A stretch of 30,588 nucleotides of DNA, taken from NCBI GenBank assembly GCA_027456925.1, contig DAIDTZ010000048.1, forward strand, positions 1 through 30,588, read 5' to 3'. The notes beneath the pieces are model-generated. The model made no database searches. It saw nothing but the letters and a program-made list of their open reading frames with translations, and was not told the DNA's origin. This document shows, piece after piece, positions 10,752-18,290 of the stretch; position 1 is the stretch's first letter, and every line of letters starts with the position of its first letter. The position numbers and the translations under genes were made by a program. The stretch comes from Nitrospirota bacterium. GTDB lineage: Bacteria > Nitrospirota > UBA9217.

Positions 10752-10881
10752 GAAAGCGAGCCCTTCTGGACGCAGATAAGCGCGGAAGAAAAAACGGGGC
10801 AATCCCGATTGGAAAAGCAGAACCCGTTTTAGCATTCTGCACGATTTTCCACGCACCTGTGCGTTAGGCGAATTCTTTTAG

Positions 10882-12459
10882 ATGAATAAATTTTCCCTGC
10901 ACATCCTTGTCCTTATTCTTCTTCTCTCTGCCTGCGGCCAAAAGGTCGAGCGGAACCCGAATACGTTTATCGAGAGCTCCATCGGCGACGCGCGGCGGCT
11001 GAATCCGGTCATTGCGAACGACTCCGCGTCGGGCACGATCAACGACCAGGTCTTCAACGGCCTGGTGAAGTACGACAAGGACCTCAAGCTTGTCGGCGAC
11101 CTGGCCGAACGGTGGACCGTTACAAACCGCGGGAAAACGATCACCTTTTATCTCCGCAAGGGAGTGAAGTGGCACGACGGCGTAGAGTTCACCGCCGAAG
11201 ACTGCCTGTTCACCTACAGGAAATTCATCGACCCCAAAGTCGCCACGCCCTACAGCAGCTCCTACATGGTCGTGAAAAAAGCCGAGGTCGTGAGCAGGTA
11301 TGTGTTCCGCGTGACCTATCGGAAACCTTTTTCTCCGGCCCTCGAAAGCTGGGCCGCCGGAATGATCCCCAAACACCTGCTCGAAGGCAAGGACATCAAC
11401 ACCGACGCCTTCAACCGCCACCCCGTGGGCACCGGCCCCTACAAGTTCAGGGAATGGATCTCCGGCCAGAAGATCGTCCTCGACGCGAATGACGATTATT
11501 TTGAGGGCAGGCCGAACATCGACCAGTTCATCTATCGCATCATCCCCGACAGCTCGACCGCGTTCCAGGAGCTGCTTTCCGGCGGCGTGGACATGATGGA
11601 CCTGAACCCGCTCCAGTTCCTGCGAAAGAGCGAGACCCCCCGCATCAAGGAGAATTACGTTAAATTCCGGTATCCCGCGAACGCTTACACCTACATGGGC
11701 TACAACCTGTTGAACCCCCTTTTCGGCAGCATCAGGGTCCGGCAGGCGCTCTCCTATGCCATCGACCGCCAGGGGATCATCGACGGAATCCTCCTCGGCC
11801 TCGGCAGGCCCTGCACCGGCCCCTTTTCGTACGTGTCCTGGGCCTACAACCCGAAGGCAAAAAGTTATGCCTACGATCCCGAACGTGCCCGCCGCATGCT
11901 TGCCCAGGCAGGCTGGAAAGACAGGAACGGCGACGGCGTGCTCGAAAAGAACGGCAAGCCGTTCCGGTTCACGATCATGACGAACCAGGGGAACACCGAG
12001 CGCATTCGCACCGCCGAGATCATCCAGCAGAATTTGAAGGCCGTGGGCATCGTCGTCGATATCCGGGTCATGGAATGGCAGGCGTTCATCGAACAGATCG
12101 ACAAGCGGTCCTTTGACGCCATCATTCTCGGGTGGAGCATGGGCCGCGACCCGGACCTTTACGACATCTGGCATTCGAGCAAAACAAAAAAAGGGGAATA
12201 TAATTTTATCAGCTACAAAAATCCCGTGGTCGATCGGCTGCTCGTCGAAGGCCGGCGCACCTTCGATATGAAAAAGCGGAAAAAAATCTACTACCGCATT
12301 CATGCGATCCTGGCCGAAGAGCAGCCCTACGCCTTCCTCTATGTGCCGGACGCATTGCCGATCGTGCATAAGCGGTTCAAGGGCATCAAAGTCGAGCCGC
12401 TCGGCATCATGTACAATTTCATCCACTGGTATGTTCCGAAGAACCGGATGGAATGGTAA
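10882..12459 (+). CDS. Peptide/nickel ABC transporter substrate-binding lipoprotein (SBP family 5)
   Basis: Lipobox LSAC, then LNPVIAND, FNGLVKYD, LAERW, GVKWHDG, GTGPYKF, RVRQALSYAIDR. Confidence 0.92.
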   Translation: MNKFSLHILVLILLLSACGQKVERNPNTFIESSIGDARRLNPVIANDSASGTINDQVFNGLVKYDKDLKLVGDLAERWTVTNRGKTITFYLRKGVKWHDGVEFTAEDCLFTYRKFIDPKVATPYSSSYMVVKKAEVVSRYVFRVTYRKPFSPALESWAAGMIPKHLLEGKDINTDAFNRHPVGTGPYKFREWISGQKIVLDANDDYFEGRPNIDQFIYRIIPDSSTAFQELLSGGVDMMDLNPLQFLRKSETPRIKENYVKFRYPANAYTYMGYNLLNPLFGSIRVRQALSYAIDRQGIIDGILLGLGRPCTGPFSYVSWAYNPKAKSYAYDPERARRMLAQAGWKDRNGDGVLEKNGKPFRFTIMTNQGNTERIRTAEIIQQNLKAVGIVVDIRVMEWQAFIEQIDKRSFDAIILGWSMGRDPDLYDIWHSSKTKKGEYNFISYKNPVVDRLLVEGRRTFDMKKRKKIYYRIHAILAEEQPYAFLYVPDALPIVHKRFKGIKVEPLGIMYNFIHWYVPKNRMEW

Positions 12460-12468
12460 TGTACCGAC

Positions 12469-12543
12469 AGTTCATCGTGCAAAGTACGGAGTTCGGAGTT
12501 CCGGGACTTTTCACGTTGAACTTTGAACCCTGAACTTTGAACT
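12469..12543. repeat. Intergenic inverted element of 7-nt tandem units (AGTTCRR / TTGAACT)
   Basis: Left arm AGTTCAT CGTGCAA AGTACGG AGTTCGG AGTTCCG (12469-12503). Right arm TTGAACT TTGAACC CTGAACT TTGAACT (12516-12543). Confidence 0.85.
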
Positions 12544-12549
12544 CAAGAA

Positions 12550-13533
12550 ATGTCTATCATTACTGTTAACAACCTCACCAAGAAGTTCAAGTCGCTGACC
12601 GCCGTAGACGGCATTTCCTTCGCAGTCAACAAGGGCGAGGTCTTCGGTTTCCTCGGTCCGAACGGCGCCGGCAAAACGACGACCATCAGCATTCTTTGCA
12701 CGCTGCTCTCGCCTTCGTCGGGTGGGGCGGAGATCGCGGGATTTGACTGCGCAAAAAACCCCGATCAGGTGCGCACGTCCATCGGCCTCATATTCCAGGA
12801 CACCACGCTCGATGTAGGGCTTACCGCCTACGAAAACCTGAAGTTCCACGCCTACCTGTACAACCTTGACCGGCGCCTTGCGGAGAAGAGGATCGACGAA
12901 ATGCTTGCGGTGGTCGAGCTGCAGACCCGGAAACACGATCTTGTCAAAAATTTTTCCGGGGGCATGAAACGGCGGCTGGAGATCGCGCGCGGACTTCTCC
13001 ACTACCCGCGGGTGCTGTTTTTGGACGAGCCCACGATCGGCCTTGACCCGCAAACGAGAAACACCATCTGGGATTTCATCAACACGCTCAGGAACAAAGA
13101 AAAGATCTCCGTGTTCATGACCACCCACTACTTGGAGGAGGCCGAGAACTGCGGCCGCATCGCCATCATCGACCACGGCAGGATCATCGCCCTGGACACG
13201 CCGGCAAAGCTCAAACAGATGGTCCACGGCGATGTTATCCACGTCATAACTGCCGACAACCAGCGTGCGATCGCCGAGATTCAGAAGACCTTTGGCCTGG
13301 CTGCGCGCGAGGAGAACGGCGGGCTGGTCCTCGAAACGGAGAAGGGCGACGAATTCATCCCCAGACTGCTTCATTCCCTGACCATGCAAACTCTGTCGGT
13401 GAGCCTCAAAAAACCGACCTTGAACGACGTGTTCCTGAAGCTTACCGGCAGGACCATCAGGGACGATGTGGTTGCCGACAGCAAGGAAGTCACGCGCGAG
13501 TTCGTCAGGAGCCACCGGAGGGCGCAGCGATGA
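12550..13533 (+). CDS. ABC-2 exporter ATP-binding protein (DrrA/NodI-like)
   Basis: Walker A GPNGAGKT, signature FSGGMKRRL, Walker B LFLDEPT, TTHYLEEA, and a C-terminal LNDVFLKLTG domain. Confidence 0.93.
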   Translation: MSIITVNNLTKKFKSLTAVDGISFAVNKGEVFGFLGPNGAGKTTTISILCTLLSPSSGGAEIAGFDCAKNPDQVRTSIGLIFQDTTLDVGLTAYENLKFHAYLYNLDRRLAEKRIDEMLAVVELQTRKHDLVKNFSGGMKRRLEIARGLLHYPRVLFLDEPTIGLDPQTRNTIWDFINTLRNKEKISVFMTTHYLEEAENCGRIAIIDHGRIIALDTPAKLKQMVHGDVIHVITADNQRAIAEIQKTFGLAAREENGGLVLETEKGDEFIPRLLHSLTMQTLSVSLKKPTLNDVFLKLTGRTIRDDVVADSKEVTREFVRSHRRAQR

Positions 13534-14297
13534 TCCAGCTCCGGCCGATCTACGTCATCTGCATGCGCGAATTCATCAAGTTCTTCCGTGAAAAAAGCCG
13601 TTTGCTCGGCACGCTCGCCCGTCCCGTGCTCTGGCTCTTTGTCGTCGGCAACGGGATGGGCTCGCTCATCAGGCCCCGGGCGGGGTTTTCCTATCTCCAG
13701 TTCATCTTCCCCGGCATGATCGGCATGACCATCCTCTTTTCGTCTATTTTCTCGTCCATCTCGATCGTGTGGGACCGCGAGTTCGGGTTCATGAAAGAGA
13801 TGCTCGTTGCGCCTATTTCGCGGCTCTCGATCGTCATCGGAAAAACGCTTTCCGGCACGCTGATCTCGGTCGCCCAGGCGGTTATTATCCTGGTCTTCAT
13901 TCCCGTCCTCGGAATTCATCTGACGATCATGCAGTTTTTTGAGGTCGTTGCCGTGTCCGTGCTCGTCTCGTTCTGCATCACGTCGCTCGGCATCCTGATC
14001 GCCGCCAGGCTTACTTCCTTTGACGGGTTCAACATCATCATGAACTTCCTCGTGATGCCCATGCTGTTTCTCTCCGGCGCCATGTACCCCGTCACCTCCA
14101 TGCCGCCTGCCCTGCGGCATCTCACGCTGATCAACCCCCTCACGTACGGAATAGACGCGCTCAAGCATATCCTGCTCCGGAACGGCACGCCGCCGCTCGG
14201 ACCCGAGTTCCCGCTCCTCCTTGACCTCTTCATTGTTGCCGTCATATCCGTTGTTATGCTCACCTTCGCGGCGCTGTCGTTCAGAAAAAAGGAATAA
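13530..14297 (+). CDS. ABC-2 exporter permease (DrrB/NodJ-like)
   Basis: Six TM helices with DREFGFMKEMLVAP, FLSGAMYP and NPLTYGID; ATGA coupling to the ATPase. Confidence 0.93.
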   Translation: MIQLRPIYVICMREFIKFFREKSRLLGTLARPVLWLFVVGNGMGSLIRPRAGFSYLQFIFPGMIGMTILFSSIFSSISIVWDREFGFMKEMLVAPISRLSIVIGKTLSGTLISVAQAVIILVFIPVLGIHLTIMQFFEVVAVSVLVSFCITSLGILIAARLTSFDGFNIIMNFLVMPMLFLSGAMYPVTSMPPALRHLTLINPLTYGIDALKHILLRNGTPPLGPEFPLLLDLFIVAVISVVMLTFAALSFRKKE

Positions 14298-14393
14298 CAG
14301 CGGTTGCTCTTTCATGACGGCATGCGAAACGGGATGGCATGTTTCCAGTTGAAATTAGCGGATCATTGCCTTAACATGCTGCAGGAAAATAAA

Positions 14394-14726
14394 CCTAAAA
14401 AGAGCATTTAACCACGGATTAACACGGATAAACAGCGTTGATTCTAAAAAGAGCAGTTGGACACTGAAGAATCGGATTAACATATGATAAAGGCGGATAA
14501 ATCCTGAACCAAAGCCTTCGCCTTTTGGGGAACTGATTATTAAAGGAAAATCCGCTGTTATCAGGCTTTTATCCGCTTTTATCAGTGTCAAATGCCGTTT
14601 TTAAGTTGATTCAAAGTCCTAAGACAAAAACAAGGAGCGCCGATTGGGTGAAGCTCCCGTTCGAAATAAATTATTGATTTAAGGCCTTAACCGTGTTCAT
14701 CTGTGGTTCCAACTGCCGTTTGTAGG
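14394..14726. mobile_element. Outer MITE-like element (about 165 bp once the nested insert is removed)
   Basis: Left end CCTAAAAAGAGCATTT-AACCACGGAT-TAACACGGAT. Right end AACCGTGTTC-ATCTGTGGTT-CCAACTGCCGTTTGTAGG. Flanked by direct ATAAA (14389-14393 and 14727-14731). Confidence 0.65.
14443..14605. mobile_element. Inner (nested) MITE-like element, 163 bp
   Basis: Left end TCTAAAAAGAGCAGTTGGACACTGA. Right end TCAGTGTCAAATGCCGTTTTTAAG. Subterminal 10-nt units (AAAGGCGGAT / ATCCGCTTTT). Flanked by direct TTGAT (14438-14442 and 14606-14610), extendable to GTTGATTC. Confidence 0.65.
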
Positions 14727-14748
14727 ATAAACAAAAAAGGGGCTCGTT

Positions 14749-15591
14749 ATGAATGACCATGCCATAAACCTTTTTGCTTCGCCCAGTTGACCGCCGTCAG
14801 GCGGCGCCGGAGGTTGCCGACAGGATGGAGCAAAAAGAGCTGGTGGATTTTCTCCTGAAGAGGGGGAAAAGATCAGAAATGCCATACGGAGTAAATACGC
14901 TGAAGTATCCGTTTCGGCAACGGGAAAATTTCAATATCCCACAGGCAAGGACGGCGCTGAGGCGTTAGGATACGATCGTGACCTTATAGAAAGCGCGCCT
15001 GCACGATTTTTCGAATCCTATTGCGGGGTAGGAAATCCATTCTCTCTCGGAAAAATTCTGCCGGGAGACGTCGTGCTCGACTTTGGGTGCGGAGCAGGAT
15101 TCGATCTCTTTGTCGCAAGTAAACTCGTCGGTGAACGCGGACGGGTCTGCGGAATAGATTTGACGGAAGACATGGCAATACGGGCCGGAGAGAACCTCGC
15201 TCTCTCGGGCTTTGCAAACTTCGAGGTCAAAAAAGTTGATTCGGAAACCATCCCCTACCCTGATCATGTCTTTGATGTCGTGATATCGAACGGCGTCATC
15301 AATCTTTCCCCATGCAAGCAGGCCGCCTTCACTGAGATCTACCGCGTCATGAAGCCGGGCGGCAGACTCCAGTTCGCAGATGTAATCCTGGAAAACGATT
15401 TGCCGGCATCCCTGGCAGGAAACGCTGAAGCGTGGTCGCAATGAATAGGCGGCGCGGTCCCGGTTCGGGATCAGGTCGGATTGCTGGAGGAAGCGGGCTT
15501 CAAGGAAGTGGAATACAGGGGGATAACCGGCTTTCGTACGTCACCCTACACCGTGGGCGCCTTGTTCCGGGCGAACAAGGAAGCCCGTTAA
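14749..15591 (+). CDS. ArsM/UbiE-like SAM-dependent methyltransferase, probable selenoprotein with two Sec (U14, U232), 280 aa
   Basis: ATG 14749 with RBS AAGGGG; in-frame TGA at 14788-14790 and 15442-15444; TAA at 15589-15591. Motifs CGVGNP, VLDFGCGAG, GIDLT, FDVVISNGVINL, MKPGGRLQFAD, and WSQ-U-IGGA (ArsM W..CIAGA position). The frame after the second TGA continues as LLEEAGF. No in-frame ATG/GTG/TTG between 14791 and 15072. Confidence 0.85.
14802..14819 (+). promoter_or_regulatory. Candidate bacterial SECIS element for UGA 14788-14790
   Basis: Starts 11 nt after the UGA: CGGCGCC-GGA-GG(T)TGCCG, a stem with a bulged U and a G-containing apical loop. Confidence 0.6.
15456..15472 (+). promoter_or_regulatory. 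Candidate bacterial SECIS element for UGA 15442-15444
   Basis: Starts 11 nt after the UGA: GGTCCCG-GTT-CGGGATC, a 7-bp stem with one G-U pair and a G-containing loop. Confidence 0.7.
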
Positions 15592-15622
15592 CAGCCGGCC
15601 TCCCGGCGCAGGCCCTGACATA

Positions 15623-18079
15623 CTACCTTGCCGGAGCAGCGGCCTTCTCTGCTTCACCGCTATTCCCGTCCTCCTTCTTCTCTTTTTTCTCCTCGCTTTT
15701 TTCTGAAGCAGACAGCTTCTTCGACATGTCTTTGAGCCGCCTGTCCACAAGGAAATTTATCGAACCCTCAGGATAGGTTCCGTCCTCCCTGCGTTCACCT
15801 GCAGGAAGTCCGGTAAGGAGCTCCAGCGCCTCATTCACGGTTTTGACCGAATAGACGTGGAACTTCCCCTCCTTTACGGCTTCCACTACTTCCTTCTTGA
15901 GCATAAGGTTTTTCACGTTGCTCTGCGGAATGATGACCCCCTGGTCTCCGGTCAAACCGCGGTTCCTGCAGACGCCGAAGAACCCCTCGATCTTCTCGTT
16001 CGCCCCGCCGATGGGCTGGATCTCCCCTTTTTGATTGATCGACCCGGTGATGGCGAAGTTCTGCTTGATCGGCACTTCGGCAATGCCTGAAATGAGCGCG
16101 ATTAATTCGGCAGCTGACGCGCTGTCGCCTTCTACCTCTCCGTAGTTCTGCTCAAAGGCAAGAGTCGCGGACACGGACAGCGGTTTATCCTGGGCATAGG
16201 TGCCGCCGAGATAGCCTGAGAGAATGAGCACCGCCTTGTTGTAGATGCGGCCGGCGAGTTTGGCCTCGCGCTCGATGTCGACGACACCTGCTTTGCCGAG
16301 GTACACCCTGCTCGTGATGCGGGACGGTTTGCCGAAATAAAAATCGCCGATATCGTACACGGACAAGCCGTTCACCTGCGCCACCACGGAGCCGGTGACA
16401 TCGACCATGAGCGTTCCTTCGGCGAACATTTCCTGGATGCGCTCGTCGATCAGGTTCGCGCGGTAAAGCTTTTCGTTCAGCGCCTTATCTACGTGCTCGC
16501 CCAGCACGCTCGTCCTTCCTGCTTGCGATGCCCAGTACGACGACTCGCGCACGAGGTCGGAGAGGTCGCTGAAACGCAGCGAGAGCTTGTTCTTTTTTTC
16601 GACCAGGCGGGAGGCATGCTCGACGATCCCCGCCACCGCGCTCCGGCCGAAGGGAAGAAGGCCGTCACTCTTCACCATGTTTGCGATAAAATGCGCATAG
16701 CGCATTTTATCATCCGTTGAACTCGTGGTCTGGGTGTCGAAGTCGGATTTGACCTTGAAGATGTCCTTGAAGTCCTCGTCGTAATTGTACAGCAGGTAAT
16801 AGAGCCAGGGGCTCCCGAGCATGATGATCTTCAGCGCTACGGGAATGGGCTCGGGTTTGATGCCGCCGGCGCCGAAACCGTACAAATCGGCGACGTCCTC
16901 GATCTTCACTTCGTTTTTTTTGATGATCCGCTTGAGCGCGTCCCACGAGAAGGGGTTCCGAAGCACGTCCAGGGCATTCACCAGCAGATATCCGCCGTTC
17001 GCCTGGAGCAACGCCCCCGACCGGATCATGGTAAAGTTCGTGTAGAAGGCCCCGAAGCGCGCCTTGCGCTCGATGCGGCCGACAAGATTGTTGTAGGTTG
17101 GGTTTATCTCTTCGATCACCGGTCCGCCCTTGGTCTCGGAATTATCGACAATGAGGTTTACCTTGTAGCGCTCCAAAAAGCTCCCTTTGTCCATGCCCTC
17201 GATCGGGAAGGGCATCTCCGGCGTCTGGCCCAGGAATTCCCGCAGATTGCCCAGGATGTCCTCCTCCACCTCGCCCAGGAACTCCGGGATGCGCGGGTTG
17301 GCCCCGTATTTTTCCCTCAGGTCGTCGAGCTGGTGGCCCATGGAGAAATGGGCGACGCGCCGGTTTAACTCATGGACTTTTTCATGGGTTTCCTTGTCGA
17401 GCTGGCGGGCCTTGGCAAGAAAATCGCGTATCTCGGAATCGACTTTTTTCTCGTGCTCCTCGAGTTCGCGCTTCTGTTCCGCGGACAGGCTGTCGAGTTC
17501 CTGCGGCTGGAGCGGCTTGCCCTTCCAGAGCGGGACCTTGACGATGCCGGTGCGCGTGATCGTGAGCTGGAACCCCAGCTCGTGCGCCCGTTTCCCGGCG
17601 TCGTCGAACAGGATCTCTTTCGCCTTCTCCGCCTCTTCCACGACGCGGGACTTCTGTTCTTCGTACTCTTTGGACTCGAACACCTTCGGGATCTCGTTCT
17701 GCATGAACTCGATGAACTTTTCCACATCGCGCCTGAAGGCTCCGCCCTTTCCCGGCAAAAGCTTGATGGCCCGCGGCCGGTCGGGGTCCTTGAAGTTGTT
17801 GATGTAGCACCAGTCGTCGGGCACCGGGAGGTCCCGGGAGATCCGTTTGATGATCGACTTGGCAATGGAGTTTCTGCCCGTGCCCGGAACGCCGGACACG
17901 AAAATATTGTAGCCGTGATTGCGGATGGAAAGGCCGAACTCGATCGACTTCACGGCCCGCGCCTGGCCGATCACTTCTTCCTTCGGGGAAAGTTCAGACG
18001 TGGTCTGAAACGGGAATTCCGCCGGATCACAGACGTGACGCAGTTCGGAAAGCGCTACTTCACGTTCTTCGATATTCAT
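15623..18079 (-). CDS. Lon-like (LonC/LonB-type, AAA_32 + Lon_C) protease
   Basis: Start ATG 18079 with RBS AAGGAGG (MNIEEREVALSELR). Motifs IGQARA, GVPGTGR, GALLQANGGYL, VNGLSV, and a Ser-Lys dyad in EGDSASAAE / PIGGANEKIEGFF. Confidence 0.9.
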   Translation of the reverse strand: MNIEEREVALSELRHVCDPAEFPFQTTSELSPKEEVIGQARAVKSIEFGLSIRNHGYNIFVSGVPGTGRNSIAKSIIKRISRDLPVPDDWCYINNFKDPDRPRAIKLLPGKGGAFRRDVEKFIEFMQNEIPKVFESKEYEEQKSRVVEEAEKAKEILFDDAGKRAHELGFQLTITRTGIVKVPLWKGKPLQPQELDSLSAEQKRELEEHEKKVDSEIRDFLAKARQLDKETHEKVHELNRRVAHFSMGHQLDDLREKYGANPRIPEFLGEVEEDILGNLREFLGQTPEMPFPIEGMDKGSFLERYKVNLIVDNSETKGGPVIEEINPTYNNLVGRIERKARFGAFYTNFTMIRSGALLQANGGYLLVNALDVLRNPFSWDALKRIIKKNEVKIEDVADLYGFGAGGIKPEPIPVALKIIMLGSPWLYYLLYNYDEDFKDIFKVKSDFDTQTTSSTDDKMRYAHFIANMVKSDGLLPFGRSAVAGIVEHASRLVEKKNKLSLRFSDLSDLVRESSYWASQAGRTSVLGEHVDKALNEKLYRANLIDERIQEMFAEGTLMVDVTGSVVAQVNGLSVYDIGDFYFGKPSRITSRVYLGKAGVVDIEREAKLAGRIYNKAVLILSGYLGGTYAQDKPLSVSATLAFEQNYGEVEGDSASAAELIALISGIAEVPIKQNFAITGSINQKGEIQPIGGANEKIEGFFGVCRNRGLTGDQGVIIPQSNVKNLMLKKEVVEAVKEGKFHVYSVKTVNEALELLTGLPAGERREDGTYPEGSINFLVDRRLKDMSKKLSASEKSEEKKEKKEDGNSGEAEKAAAPAR

Positions 18080-18110
18080 GCGGCCTCCTTCACCGAAACG
18101 CTCTACTTCA

Positions 18111-18139
18111 AGTGTATGCACTGCATCCGCTGTTGTCAA
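18111..18139 (-). promoter_or_regulatory. Candidate sigma70 promoter for the Lon-like protease
   Basis: Minus strand TTGACA (18139-18134), a 17-nt spacer, then TACACT (18116-18111). Confidence 0.6.
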
Positions 18140-18188
18140 GGCAACCGTTTCCTCAGGGAGAGGTCCTGCGCGGAAGAAAAATAAGATG

Positions 18189-18217
18189 TTGATTTTTTCT
18201 CGTGCCGCTCTTATAAT
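18189..18217 (+). promoter_or_regulatory. Candidate sigma70 promoter for the STAND regulator
   Basis: TTGATT (18189-18194), a 17-nt spacer, then TATAAT (18212-18217). Confidence 0.65.
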
Positions 18218-18290
18218 CGCCGCATTCATACATTCATCGTTCATGACCCGGCAGCTGGCAGCAACACCCTGTCGAATGAAGGAGGCTTTT

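Noticed and set aside
10791-10830. c-di-GMP-I riboswitch (GGGGCAATCCC...GGAAA)
   Set aside because: Lacks the GGGACGCAAAGC-type second stem; only a simple hairpin.
10688-10881. tRNA-Leu, often found after secG
   Set aside because: No cloverleaf, no TTCRA T-loop with acceptor stem, and no CCA.
14355-14591. 78-aa minus-strand ORF (MTLIKADKSLITAD...)
   Set aside because: It is the translation of the 10-nt repeat arms of the MITEs and has no RBS or domain.
14749-15591. Methyltransferase as a pseudogene with two nonsense mutations
   Set aside because: Both stops are TGA, one aligns to a conserved Cys, both have hairpins at +11 nt, and there are no frameshifts. Sec recoding is more parsimonious, though not proven.
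15432-15776. 114-aa ORF after the methyltransferase
   Set aside because: Out of frame with the true C-terminus and antisense to the Lon-like gene end.
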